Source of the DNA: Ostrea edulis
Taxonomy: Eukaryota
Length of the DNA: 64,000 nucleotides
Assembly (NCBI RefSeq): GCF_947568905.1
Contig: NC_079167.1
Span: 44,764,001 to 44,828,000, forward strand
Reading direction: 5' to 3'
Position 1 is the first letter of the stretch; every line of letters starts with the position of its first letter. Positions 7,946-23,688 of the stretch are shown here, one piece after another. The translations under genes were made by a program, and so were the position numbers. Below the pieces are notes generated by a model. That model was not told the origin of the DNA, did not search any database, and saw only the letters and a list, made by a program, of their open reading frames with translations.

Positions 7946-9199
7946 TTCATATTGCTCTTGATCAAGAAACTTGTCGTGAATAAAGTATGACTGAATGACA
8001 TGCATAACCCTACATCCACAAACTACTTGACCCAAGTCTGGTAAATTTCTGTAAAATAAGAAAAGTTTTAACGCAACTTCAGTAATGAAACTAAATGCTG
8101 CGAATGTGAACACGTACAGCTATACTGTCAAAACAGTAGTATACATTGCAGAGCATCAATTGTACACATGACAACAAATGCACATTGAAAATCCTTGTCA
8201 GCAGGAAAGTACACAACAAACTAGACAAACCTAGAGAATAGCTGTATAGAACGTACTAAGAACGCATACATAGAGAAATCGGTAGTCTGTAGTACACACT
8301 AAAACAACCTACCTAATTCTAGAAGGGTCAGATACTACGGTATTTCATTCAACCAACTCTGGGCTTTTGAGGGCATGTAAAGCATGCATTAATAAGAGAA
8401 ATTAAGGGGTTCAAATAATAGCTAGCATCAATAGCGCACGGAGAAATTCTATAACAACAACAACAAAATATATAAATAAAAACCCAGATGTAGAAATATG
8501 TAGACGTTAGGGGGGTCATGATTATTTTGAGAGGTCAATGAAATCTTCACTTCGTATTACATTCTTGCGTATATAATGACAGAACATCGTATATTTCATT
8601 ATGTTAATTCAAATCTTGTCTGAAATCAGTATTACACGTGTAACACCGTGTTAAATGTGTGCAGTGCAGAAATGTGAACTCTGACAGTAATAATATATCG
8701 CCATGATTGTTATTTATTTATATTGTTGTAATTAATTACTAGTTAATCTGTACACCCCCACCCCCTTGAGGGCCCTTAATTGATGAATTAACATATGTCA
8801 TAACATTTTATATCAGGAGACCATACATACAATCTAACAAAGGGCTTGAATTTCTTTTTCAACTTGCACAGATATATTTCTTATTTTCAACATGTTGAGT
8901 AGAAATTTGCTTAGCTTGATTAATAATGGATTATCTTTATTATTTACCTTTTCTCTCCCTTTTTTGTTGTTGTTTTTTGGATATAGTATAGTAGACTTTC
9001 ACAGTTGTGAGCCATGTTTTCATATTAATTACCCTAATAAAAAAAATGCTATTATTGTGTGTTAATTAAAAGGAAAACAAAACGATGATTTAAAAAAAAC
9101 AGAACAGAAACTAAGCTAGGAAATCTCAAATGTGTGCGCAGATTAAATATTATATTCCTATCAAAATAAATAAATACTTGTATACTGTGCAAAAGAAAT

Positions 9200-9705
<506 letters not shown>

Positions 9706-9748
9706 ATACTCTTATCACCGTTTGTGCATCCCAGCGCAAAAACAAAAC

Positions 9749-9787
9749 GGCCGTTATAACGGCCACCAAATTCTTTGAAAAGACGCC
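9749..9787 (+). terminator. H4 histone 3' stem-loop plus HDE
   Basis: GGCCGT-TATA-ACGGCC at 9749-9764; GAAAAGACGCC at 9777-9787. Copies start at 21886, 34022, 46158, 58295. Confidence 0.92.
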
Positions 9788-11479
9788 TCTATGAAACGTT
9801 ATCAAGAGAAACGGTTACCCTGTATTGTACTTTTAGTTAACAAATTGGCATACAACTTGTTACGAAAAGGTATGCAGTTTGTGGTTAACATGTTTCATTT
9901 GCAGTTAAGAGATTTCAATTTGATACTTGGATTTCTTTTCATATCAAGTAAATAGTCGGACTACACCACAACTTTGTAGGTTTATGTTCACAAACAACCA
10001 ATTGATACCCAAGATCATTATTGAGCAGAAAGGCTGACCATGCAAATCCTATACTCCCAATAAATTTACATTGTGAGCATTGTAATATATATCTCGCACA
10101 CATTTATCTAGATGGATTGTTTATTTATCACACAATAACATAAATGATTTGGACACTTTACACATATGAAGGAGACAAAACGAAGACTTAAAAAAGCAGC
10201 TGATAATTGTGATAACCCCCGTATTACAAAATATCCCACGTGACTGTATACAAAGTACTAATTAGTACTATAGATATTTTAAAATGCATACCATGTAGGC
10301 ACATGTTAAATTAAATTGATTATATTGTTATTGCTTCTTGTCGTCACAAATGTCCTACAAACATGTTTTTCTTTTTTCTTCTTCTTTTATACAAACTCGT
10401 TTATTGCTAGGAATGCTGAAATAGCAAACTCAAGACTTTCTATTTGGCAGATTCCTCTGTGGAAGGCAAAGTAAATGTAATATATGTTTTCATCTTAATT
10501 AACATCATTACATGGGTATCTAGTTTACCATTTGGTGACAGTTGACTTTCGTAACATATGCATTTACTAATTCTGTACATTGTAACTGGAAAGTACTTGC
10601 AAACCGTGAGATATTGATGCGTGGCACACCTACACAATATAAACCAATACACAATATGCAGTCGCATGAAAGATGTTGTACAAACTTTTTTTTTCCAAGA
10701 TTGGATTCATAAAGAGACTTATCATTATCAATTCACCTATTAAGGGCCTGTTGGGGGGGACATGTGCATTTTTAAAATATAATCTTACACATGCGATTCA
10801 ACATTTCATATAATAATATTGTGTGTATCTGTTTATTCTACATGTTTCTGTTTTCTATCCTTTAAATAGCATTGTGTGTTGCCTCTTGTTGATGTATCAG
10901 GCATATTATATATTGCACTAGGGAAAACACACATGCATCAACTGAGTACTGATCAATGCCTACATGCGAAACTTAAAATGCCTCCAATGAGTGTATTACT
11001 CTTTACTGTGTATTGTCTTTACTTGTATCAACAATTATATACTTTTAATTACATGTTTATGCTCATTTATTAGCTGTCATTTGGGTGTTGGGTGCTGCAA
11101 AACTGATTTACTATTTCAATGACAGAAAATAATAAGACTTAGAAACTTTTTTGTTAATATCAATATTTCTCTATAATGCTATATATTCAACAGAGCCAAA
11201 ATGTTTATTTTGATAACATCTTCCATCTTAGTTTCAATTTTATCAATGACTGGTTAAAGTTACAAACAAAGCTATCATAATAAGTGATGAAATGTATGCA
11301 GTTGAAAATGAACACAATGAGATATACATTTGTTTGTTTGATTGTGTATTCTGAATGGCTCGTCTTGAATTCTATTTCAATATAGTACAGTGTGTAACAC
11401 ACATAGTACACTTGTGTATGCATATTTTGTAGATATGCAATGTCAACCAATAAACGTTTCTCAATGCATTGTTATAAAA

Positions 11480-11519
11480 GGCATCTTTTCGAAAAATTTG
11501 TGTGGCCCTGAAAAGGGCC
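11480..11519 (-). terminator. H2B histone 3' stem-loop plus HDE
   Basis: Minus strand: canonical GGCCCT-TTTC-AGGGCC (11519-11504), then ACACA; GAAAAGATGCC (11490-11480). Stem-loop copies have low coordinates 23641, 35777, 47913, 60050. Confidence 0.95.
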
Positions 11520-11551
11520 GTTTGAGTTTGAGGTTCAAGTCCTTGCTCAGT

Positions 11552-11923
11552 TTACTTGCTGCTGGTGTACTTGGTGACAGCCTTGGTACCCTCAGAGACG
11601 GCGTGCTTGGCCAATTCACCGGGCAAGAGAAGTCGGACAGCGGTCTGGATTTCTCTGCTGGTGATGGTTGAGCGTTTGTTGTAGTGGGCCAGGCGGGAAG
11701 CTTCAGCGGCGATTCTCTCGAAAATGTCATTGACAAACGAGTTCATGATGCTCATAGCTTTGCTGGAAACGCCAGTGTCTGGGTGGACCTGCTTCAGGAC
11801 TTTGTAAATGTAGATGGCATAGGATTCCCTCCTCTTCCTGCGCTTCTTCTTGTCCCCAGTTCTCTGGGCCTTCGCCTTAGTGGCGGCTTTCTTAGCTCCT
11901 TTCGATCCGGCTTTAGGTGGCAT
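11552..11923 (-). CDS. H2B: Histone H2B (123 aa, [12 protein letters not shown]...)
   Basis: [42 protein letters not shown]...[17 protein letters not shown]; true ATG at 11923, downstream of a TATAAATA at 11972-11965. Confidence 0.98.
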   Translation of the reverse strand: MPPKAGSKGAKKAATKAKAQRTGDKKKRRKRRESYAIYIYKVLKQVHPDTGVSSKAMSIMNSFVNDIFERIAAEASRLAHYNKRSTITSREIQTAVRLLLPGELAKHAVSEGTKAVTKYTSSK

Positions 11924-12557
<634 letters not shown>

Positions 12558-13285
12558 AAAGTACAAAGTCTGCTTGCAGGACCTATAACAAACGGCCGTT
12601 TTCACGGCCACCAACCTTTTTTGAAAAGACACCTCTATAAGCATCGAAATGTCAAGAATGACAGTCTAATCTTACATTCAATGCTCACTGAGAAATGGGG
12701 ATGACAATATTTGCAGTAATTCATACATTTCAAGGCGCAAAATAAATGAATGCACGGCATGGGTTGCTATGTATTTGTTTGGGTTGTAATCGATAAGTAA
12801 GATTTACAAGAGAGAAGACATAAAAAAGCGCTATATAAATTGTCCTCACTCCTTTGGACTTCATTGAGAAATCATGGAAATACCAAAATGAAATGAGTTT
12901 TTATTTGCATTCTTTTTGTTTTTCTCAACCAGCTCTGTAGTTTGTCAATGGAAGAGTAAAACAAGGGTGCCAAAACTTTTGAAATACAGGGCGAGTGATC
13001 GTATAATCTTCACGTGGTCATTCTTGCTTTTAATTTACATAGACGAAAAGCCACAAAGGAAATGATTTTGTACCAGTATGAATGTGAGAAATAGAGGTAG
13101 ACATGGAGCTATCTGACATTAGATAGGGTGATCATGATGTGATGGGGCAATAAAAAAAAAAAATGGAAAGAGAACAAAATCTTTGGAGACGACATAGACG
13201 ATCGCGATCCTGGTACATGGATTGTAAATATATCCGCAAACAAAATATCACTATCTTGGCCGAATTGTTTTATCTCCGAAATATA

Positions 13286-13994
13286 CTCAATTTATTTATG
13301 GATTCACCAATCATGTTACACAATATGAGATATATAATGACAACAAACTAAATACTAACAGTTCATTTACATGTATATGTAAATACAAGTATATATTTGA
13401 CATGTACCTGTGATATTACACTGCATGTATATGCAATGTAGTATTGCATATCAACATAAATTAAATGTAGTTATAGCACTTTACTTTGGGTGCGCAATTC
13501 AAAACATTCATGTAAAAATTCACACAATCTTCTGACATGAACGACATTGACAGGGTTGCATAGTACTTTACAATGGTTTTCCTTTGATATATCATCATCT
13601 GAATTGTAGATGTTCAAAGGGTAATATTTCTTTCTTATATCTTTATACATGAAGCAGTCATATAAAAAAGAAAAGAAAAGTGTTTTTAAAAAAATACTGT
13701 AGTTTATCGCAAAATGACGACTTTACTTATAAGCATGAGGAATTTATTTTTGGTTCATATAAATACTAAACATTTGTTGAAAATTTTCTGAATACATTCG
13801 ATCCATGGGTTTTCGAACCCTTTTCCTCCGCAAATGGTATGCTCAAATATATATATCGTATTTATTTTAAACCTTGACGTATGCAGGAAAACGCCCTCCG
13901 TATAAACCGACAACTTTTTAATTCTTGAAAAACGATTTTCAATTTCGGTGATTAATTTCACATGAACACGTTCGACTGAGTCTAGAAATTTCAC
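13286..13994 (-). mobile_element. RTEX-like LINE relic, unit 2 copy
   Basis: Same sequence as 1150-1858. Confidence 0.65.
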
Positions 13995-14040
13995 ACTGGG
14001 TGTGACTGCATCCCGATTACTTTGTCCAACAAGTCAAACG

Positions 14041-14816
14041 GGTATACATGAAATGGTCTTACTCGACTTCTTTCTTTCGTTAGAAAATCAGATTCCCTCT
14101 CATTAAATAACACTCATTCGTAGACGAAAACGAGCCTACATACTATTGCAAAAAGAACTATTGATCCTGGCAAATGATCGAACTTTAAGAACATTAGAAA
14201 TCATTGTATTGGCACCGTCCAAACGCAACGGACAGATACTACACACACGACTGTAATTAGTACTCTTAAATCCCACCTATTCGCGAAACGCATACATGTG
14301 ATAGATAATCCATATTGTGCCTGTGGAAAAATCGAAACAACAACACACTTTTTACTTGAATAAATTTATTGATCCATTAAGACCAATAACTGTAAATATC
14401 CTTGTACATGGAGACTTTACTAAAAAAAAATTCCTATATTAAAAATAGTTTCATTATATACATGTGCATCATCCAAAAGATATGTAGCTTAATCTCGTCG
14501 ACTTCCGCTTTTATGCATGTGTAGAGTGGTGGAATTTCTTGTTTGGAAGTTATTGTATATCCATTTCTGATGAACTTAGGTCATAACATCTCTTCCAATA
14601 ATGATCTATTTACTTGTTGGATTTTTTTCTTTCATTTTTCTTTACTTCCTCGTTGTCATTTTTTGTCATGTGCAACGGGCAAATGCACACTTACCATTCA
14701 AAGTTCAAACGGATTAATATAAGTGCCTATACAACTTGATTCCGAATCCTGTGTGCATATAACGTATTGTGTATATACATATATTGATTTATTCAAATGA
14801 AATAAAGTTTAAACTA
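14041..14816 (+). mobile_element. CR1/L2-like LINE relic, unit 2 copy
   Basis: Same sequence as 1905-2680. Confidence 0.75.
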
Positions 14817-15169
14817 ATTTTTTTTTTTTTATCACCCCATACGTACGTTTTATCGCCTGCTTATAGGATAAACCTGATTTTTAAGATTGTTTTAATTTGA
14901 AACCTCTTTGTTTTATCGAAACCTTTTAAACAAACAGAGCTATTACTATTTAACAGAAAAGTATAGGCAAATCGTAAGCATGTCCTGAAACCTTTCCCGA
15001 GTTTGGATCATGTGTCACCTTCTGAAACTTCAATTGATAATATAGCACCTAAATTTATCATTTCTTTTACATTTTTGATGGTATGTGCGTATTGTGTACA
15101 GCTCAATATAAGTGAATTGATCCCTACTCACAAAGTAGCGTAAAAGTGGCTCTATATATCATATATATA

Positions 15170-15879
15170 CAGTGTGCGAAATTAACCATGGACCGATAGG
15201 CAATGTCTATAGAAAATCGAGTCGGTCTATAACAATCAAAATAGCTATAGACCAACTTGTCTATAGGAATTCTGAGTAAATAACTGGTTCTCTGTTGCTT
15301 ATTTAACATATATATGAGAAGCGGGGCCAGTTTATATGTAGTACGCCAATGTTTCTGTTTACCCCTTAGCTGTAATAAAATGTTCCCCAATGTAATTACA
15401 AATCATTCGAATCAGATTATTCAATTTGATATTTACTTCAATGCACGCCATTTTCGTGCAAATTCGCAATGTCCTTTTTGATGGTTTTAAAAATACGTGA
15501 AAGATGCACGCACTTGAGTCAAACGGAAAGCGGTCAGTACAAGTTCCAGCAAGGCCAAAGTCGCAGAAAATCATGAGAAAACGAAACGTAGTAGAAGTAC
15601 GTGACTTGGATGAAGAATCAGATAGTGAAACTGAGCTGGAACAAAATGAAAAAGAAAACGAAATTCTAATTGAAAAGCTTGCCGTGCATGCAATTGAAAA
15701 AGAATATAATTATACTATGAACAAATTGCCAAACCGAATTTGTGTCAATTATTTATTTTTTAATAACAATGAATAATGCATGTTAAATTTTGGTCTATAG
15801 GAATTTGTTGTGGTCTATAGGAAATAAAATGACTATGGACCGAAAGTTTATAGGACTTTAAAGTTAGTTTCGCACACTG
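15170..15879. mobile_element. 710-bp TIR element, unit 2 copy
   Basis: Same TIRs and interior. Confidence 0.85.
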
Positions 15880-16876
15880 TATATATATATTATGTATCTA
15901 CTGTGGAAAGTATCTAATCACTCTTACGATAACCTCGTAGCATAGCACTTACATAATAATTGGAAGAAAATAAAACAAACAAACCAAAAAAAAAAAAAAA
16001 AAAAAAATTGAAAAGAAACCCACAACAACAACAAACATAAAAAAGAAACAAAAGCAAAGTAAACAAACAAACAACCAGTTTAATTACACTTCATTTAAAA
16101 TCAAAACATCAAGATTGGTCATAATTTGTACATTTCATCTGTGTAATTTTTATTGAATACAGGCATTATTTATAAAAAGTATGTGTAAACAAGGATTAAC
16201 GTTTTTCTTTTAAATCATAAATCAAAGCAAATATCTTATGTTGTGTTGTATATATTTCTATAGTAAAGTAAATAGACCAGGATTTTCTTTTTTTTTTTAG
16301 GCGTGTGCTTGTGTTCTTAATATTGTGTAAGCCCATTCCAAACCGTTCTACGCAATCGTTAATGTCTACCGCTCGCTTTTGATACCCGATGTGTACGACC
16401 CCCGGATGTTTTTCAAAAATTCTGACCGACATGATGTTTTCTACAGCAAAAGGAAAACGAGTGTGCCTTCTTTCAAGCTTCGAAAGGAAATCAAGCAACA
16501 ATGATATTTGTTATCGGCCACTGGAAAAAAATTACCCAATTTTAATGAATGAATGGACTTGCAAATCGCCGGTTGAGGTGTCTATATTTCTGGATTTTGA
16601 CTGCTGTAGTTTGGCAAAGCCCAATATGTAAGTAAATAGAATGACAGGGGGAAATGTAGACCAGGGGGTTCCGATAACATATCCGGCGGATATTCCATTG
16701 TTGAAGCGCAACTCGAATGCAAAGACTAACATCAAAGCACATCTAAACAACACAATACACATACCGATCGACTCGAACAGATTGGATGTTTTCAAGGAGG
16801 TCCGCGCTTGATGTAAACAAAACAGATTGTGCGTTCCGATCGACTATTATTTACCGTTCTCGCATCGTTCGAAAAC

Positions 16877-17446
16877 ATGGCAGACACCGCAGCTCCCGCG
16901 AAAAAGAAGGTTTCCAAGCCCAAAGTGCCCGCAGCGCACCCAAAATACATCGACATGATCAAGGCTGCCCTCGGGTCACTGAAAGAGCGTGGTGGATCTT
17001 CTAGACAAGCCATTCTTAAGCACCTGATGGCCAATTATAAAGTGGGCAATGACGTCAACTCCATCAATGCTCACCTCAAAATGGCCCTTAAGAATGGAGT
17101 CAAAAAGGGTGCGTTGAAGCAAGCCAAGGGTAAAGGTGCCAGCGGCTCCTTCAAGCTTGGAGATAAGCCCAAGGCTGAGCAGAAGCCTAAAGCCAAGAAA
17201 GTAGCCAAACCAAAGGCTGCCAAACCTAAGAAGGCTGCTGCTGCTGCCAAGCCCAAGAAGGCGGCCGTAGAGAAAAAAGTGAAGAAGACGCCAAAGAAAC
17301 CAGCCGCACCCAAGAAGGCCAAGACTCCCAAGAAGAAGGCGGCAGCCAAGAAGCCCGCAGCCAAGGCCCCCAAGAAGGCCAAGAGCCCCAAGAAGCCCGC
17401 CGCCAAAAAATCCAAGACCCCCAAGAAGGCCGCCGCCAAGAAATAA
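16877..17446 (+). CDS. H1: Linker histone H1
   Basis: Protein identical to unit 1. Confidence 0.98.
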   Translation: MADTAAPAKKKVSKPKVPAAHPKYIDMIKAALGSLKERGGSSRQAILKHLMANYKVGNDVNSINAHLKMALKNGVKKGALKQAKGKGASGSFKLGDKPKAEQKPKAKKVAKPKAAKPKKAAAAAKPKKAAVEKKVKKTPKKPAAPKKAKTPKKKAAAKKPAAKAPKKAKSPKKPAAKKSKTPKKAAAKK

Positions 17447-18738
17447 GCAGTCTTTGCAATATTCCTGCACAGAGTGTTTACTCACAAAACAAAAGCCCTT
17501 TTTAGGGCTACCAACATTTTTAGAAAAGATGCCGTTCTTACACGTGTGAGAGAAATGCGTTTCTACGTCATTTAAGTGAATACTGATTCAAGCTGTTTTA
17601 ACGTTTTCATACTTTGATTTACTTGTCCTGCATGTCATTCAGTTAAAAGAGGGGGGGGGGGGGGGGAGGGAGGAAACTAACCCACGCTTTTACAAACAAC
17701 ATGACATTTTTTTATCTGATTTATTACCTCTCCCTTCCTAAAGCTGTAGGGTAAGAAATAAGATGGAGACCGGTGAATTATGACAACATATAGTACAGTA
17801 CCTGCATCATTTAGTCCTCATTCGTTTGAGTAAAGCTAGCTGAATTGAAACATTTCTTATACATCCAATGGCTTGATTGTTTTCATTCGGTTTATTGTCC
17901 GATAAGAAAACAAAAATTAAAAGTATCATCCGTGGACTTTTATTTCAGTACTTGATTTGTATACAGTCCAGGTTTGGCAGGACTACACATAATTCACTCT
18001 CATAATGCAATGTTTCATGTGTGTAACAATGTTTTCAGACTTTAGTCAACGAGAAATGTCTGATCGGTGTCTAAAAGTGAAAGAATGGGGTTCTTTCTTT
18101 GTTAGGAACAGAGTGACGATAAGAGTAAGTTGTAATTCTCGCACGTCTAATTTAGCCTTCAAAATGAAATAAGGATTTACACATTTTAAACAGTTCTCCG
18201 TTGTCCAGAGACTCGCTCACTTCATGTGTACATGAACTTCATAGCCTCAATGTTGTTCAAGATTTATATATAGGAGTGATTTTTGTTTGGATGTAACAGT
18301 AGTCTAGGATTCTGGAATGATTTGGGGTCTTGAAATTCACAAAGCTGTCCGAAAAAGTCATTAGTCACAACTAACTAGTACTGTCTAATAACATCAAATC
18401 ATATACCAATGATGTTAGTCACAACTATTATTAAGTGAAAAGAAACAAAAATTGAACGACTTTTTTTTATTGGGTGTTTCTTGAATTCCAAGAATTATGA
18501 TTATTCTAGTAAGAATGCAATGTCATATATCATCTCTATCCAAATATATTTGAGGTCTGCTTTTGTCAAATAACTATTTTGCAACCTCTTTGTTAAATGT
18601 TCAGGTTACAAATTTGATAATCATTGGTTTAAACTATATTTATATGTATCGGTGCAAAATATACAAACAGGTGAGAAAGGAAGACTTTAAAACAAAATTC
18701 TATGTACGAATGAATGTATGTATGTACATACGTACGCA

Positions 18739-18877
18739 TACATGTACTAAGAACTTTGGGAATCTGGGATATTTCAATTGCATATGATAAATATACAAAA
18801 TTTAGTATTAATATGGAATTATGTATATTTATGTGCTATTGAAATATCCCAGATTCCCAAAGTTCTTAGTACATGTA
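18739..18877. mobile_element. 139-bp foldback, unit 2 copy
   Basis: Same arms. Confidence 0.65.
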
Positions 18878-19595
18878 CATATTTTAAAATACTTATGGTA
18901 GAAGACTGCCAGTCTGATCGACTGGGCACAAGCACTGTCCCTTGGTACCTAGCTCTGCATTCAGGACAGCATTTTATACTGTTTCACTTTTACTTCCCAC
19001 ATTGCATCCTTGTTGTGCTGTGCATTTTCATTCTATGTTGTTATGAGCCAATATTTCAGATCAATGTTAATATAGAAATCCTTTACATATCTACATGTAC
19101 GTGTGTATACAATCATGTATGTGTATATATGTGTTTATGTATACATGTATATGTACGGTGTGTGTATCTATAAGTATATGGTATCATGTGTTTACAATGA
19201 ATATGATAAAATTGTGTATGCTCACTGAGGGTCCTTAACTGGTGAATAAATAAATAAATGTATCTCCTTTTAAATGTTTTTAACATTTACTTGTCTGTCC
19301 ATACTTTTGTATCCACAAATAATGTTTACAATTGTACCCTGAAATCCCTTGTAACACCCCATCCCCTTCATTGTTTTTTTGGTTTTAATTTTTACAAGTT
19401 TATGAATTCTGAGCAAAATGTGGATTGAAATGTCCCAAGTCAAGACCAATCAACGCTGCATACCAGCGGCTAATCGCAGAGTGTCTTTCTGAACCGCTTA
19501 ACCAATGACAAGTGTCGTAAGATATGAGAGCGCCGATTTCGATTTGCTTATAAACTCTAGTGTTTCCGATCGGGCACTTTATTCTATCCGAATAA

Positions 19596-20015
<420 letters not shown>

Positions 20016-21521
20016 TTTCACTCGTGTGACACTCAAACAAACGGCCGTTTTCACGGCCACCTAATTCTTTCGAAAAGATGCCTTCATATTGCTCTTGATC
20101 AAGAAACTTGTCGTGAATAAAGTATGACTGAATGACATGCATAACCCTACATCCACAAACTACTTGACCCAAGTCTGGTAAATTTCTGTAAAATAAGAAA
20201 AGTTTTAACGCAACTTCAGTAATGAAACTAAATGCTGCGAATGTGAACACGTACAGCTATACTGTCAAAACAGTAGTATACATTGCAGAGCATCAATTGT
20301 ACACATGACAACAAATGCACATTGAAAATCCTTGTCAGCAGGAAAGTACACAACAAACTAGACAAACCTAGAGAATAGCTGTATAGAACGTACTAAGAAC
20401 GCATACATAGAGAAATCGGTAGTCTGTAGTACACACTAAAACAACCTACCTAATTCTAGAAGGGTCAGATACTACGGTATTTCATTCAACCAACTCTGGG
20501 CTTTTGAGGGCATGTAAAGCATGCATTAATAAGAGAAATTAAGGGGTTCAAATAATAGCTAGCATCAATAGCGCACGGAGAAATTCTATAACAACAACAA
20601 CAAAATATATAAATAAAAACCCAGATGTAGAAATATGTAGACGTTAGGGGGGTCATGATTATTTTGAGAGGTCAATGAAATCTTCACTTCGTATTACATT
20701 CTTGCGTATATAATGACAGAACATCGTATATTTCATTATGTTAATTCAAATCTTGTCTGAAATCAGTATTACACGTGTAACACCGTGTTAAATGTGTGCA
20801 GTGCAGAAATGTGAACTCTGACAGTAATAATATATCGCCATGATTGTTATTTATTTATATTGTTGTAATTAATTACTAGTTAATCTGTACACCCCCACCC
20901 CCTTGAGGGCCCTTAATTGATGAATTAACATATGTCATAACATTTTATATCAGGAGACCATACATACAATCTAACAAAGGGCTTGAATTTCTTTTTCAAC
21001 TTGCACAGATATATTTCTTATTTTCAACATGTTGAGTAGAAATTTGCTTAGCTTGATTAATAATGGATTATCTTTATTATTTACCTTTTCTCTCCCTTTT
21101 TTGTTGTTGTTTTTTGGATATAGTATAGTAGACTTTCACAGTTGTGAGCCATGTTTTCATATTAATTACCCTAATAAAAAAAATGCTATTATTGTGTGTT
21201 AATTAAAAGGAAAACAAAACGATGATTTAAAAAAAACAGAACAGAAACTAAGCTAGGAAATCTCAAATGTGTGCGCAGATTAAATATTATATTCCTATCA
21301 AAATAAATAAATACTTGTATACTGTGCAAAAGAAATGTAAACAAACACAGGTAGGCGCGTTTAGCGAGAACCAATCACGATGTAGTTAACAGCGCTTCTT
21401 CGGACACGACAATCGACTAGCCGAAGTTTCAAGGTATAATGCGCTCTAACGGGTCGTCAATTAGGGCTATATAAACCAGCAATTTCTCAATTTGTCAGGT
21501 CATTCAGCACTTGTCTATTGA

Positions 21522-21842
<321 letters not shown>

Positions 21843-23688
21843 ATACTCTTATCACCGTTTGTGCATCCCAGCGCAAAAACAAAACGGCCGTTATAACGGC
21901 CACCAAATTCTTTGAAAAGACGCCTCTATGAAACGTTATCAAGAGAAACGGTTACCCTGTATTGTACTTTTAGTTAACAAATTGGCATACAACTTGTTAC
22001 GAAAAGGTATGCAGTTTGTGGTTAACATGTTTCATTTGCAGTTAAGAGATTTCAATTTGATACTTGGATTTCTTTTCATATCAAGTAAATAGTCGGACTA
22101 CACCACAACTTTGTAGGTTTATGTTCACAAACAACCAATTGATACCCAAGATCATTATTGAGCAGAAAGGCTGACCATGCAAATCCTATACTCCCAATAA
22201 ATTTACATTGTGAGCATTGTAATATATATCTCGCACACATTTATCTAGATGGATTGTTTATTTATCACACAATAACATAAATGATTTGGACACTTTACAC
22301 ATATGAAGGAGACAAAACGAAGACTTAAAAAAGCAGCTGATAATTGTGATAACCCCCGTATTACAAAATATCCCACGTGACTGTATACAAAGTACTAATT
22401 AGTACTATAGATATTTTAAAATGCATACCATGTAGGCACATGTTAAATTAAATTGATTATATTGTTATTGCTTCTTGTCGTCACAAATGTCCTACAAACA
22501 TGTTTTTCTTTTTTCTTCTTCTTTTATACAAACTCGTTTATTGCTAGGAATGCTGAAATAGCAAACTCAAGACTTTCTATTTGGCAGATTCCTCTGTGGA
22601 AGGCAAAGTAAATGTAATATATGTTTTCATCTTAATTAACATCATTACATGGGTATCTAGTTTACCATTTGGTGACAGTTGACTTTCGTAACATATGCAT
22701 TTACTAATTCTGTACATTGTAACTGGAAAGTACTTGCAAACCGTGAGATATTGATGCGTGGCACACCTACACAATATAAACCAATACACAATATGCAGTC
22801 GCATGAAAGATGTTGTACAAACTTTTTTTTTCCAAGATTGGATTCATAAAGAGACTTATCATTATCAATTCACCTATTAAGGGCCTGTTGGGGGGGACAT
22901 GTGCATTTTTAAAATATAATCTTACACATGCGATTCAACATTTCATATAATAATATTGTGTGTATCTGTTTATTCTACATGTTTCTGTTTTCTATCCTTT
23001 AAATAGCATTGTGTGTTGCCTCTTGTTGATGTATCAGGCATATTATATATTGCACTAGGGAAAACACACATGCATCAACTGAGTACTGATCAATGCCTAC
23101 ATGCGAAACTTAAAATGCCTCCAATGAGTGTATTACTCTTTACTGTGTATTGTCTTTACTTGTATCAACAATTATATACTTTTAATTACATGTTTATGCT
23201 CATTTATTAGCTGTCATTTGGGTGTTGGGTGCTGCAAAACTGATTTACTATTTCAATGACAGAAAATAATAAGACTTAGAAACTTTTTTGTTAATATCAA
23301 TATTTCTCTATAATGCTATATATTCAACAGAGCCAAAATGTTTATTTTGATAACATCTTCCATCTTAGTTTCAATTTTATCAATGACTGGTTAAAGTTAC
23401 AAACAAAGCTATCATAATAAGTGATGAAATGTATGCAGTTGAAAATGAACACAATGAGATATACATTTGTTTGTTTGATTGTGTATTCTGAATGGCTCGT
23501 CTTGAATTCTATTTCAATATAGTACAGTGTGTAACACACATAGTACACTTGTGTATGCATATTTTGTAGATATGCAATGTCAACCAATAAACGTTTCTCA
23601 ATGCATTGTTATAAAAGGCATCTTTTCGAAAAATTTGTGTGGCCCTGAAAAGGGCCGTTTGAGTTTGAGGTTCAAGTCCTTGCTCAGT

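Noticed and set aside
8318-8329. TCTAGAAGGGTC, resembling my recollection of the middle of sea urchin U7 snRNA
   Set aside because: No HDE-complementary segment upstream and no 3' hairpin; a 12-bp match can be chance.
8540-8710. Possible further LINE C-terminal relic (FKSCLKS...CVQCRN) before the 8771 motif
   Set aside because: The similarity is too weak to support without a profile search.
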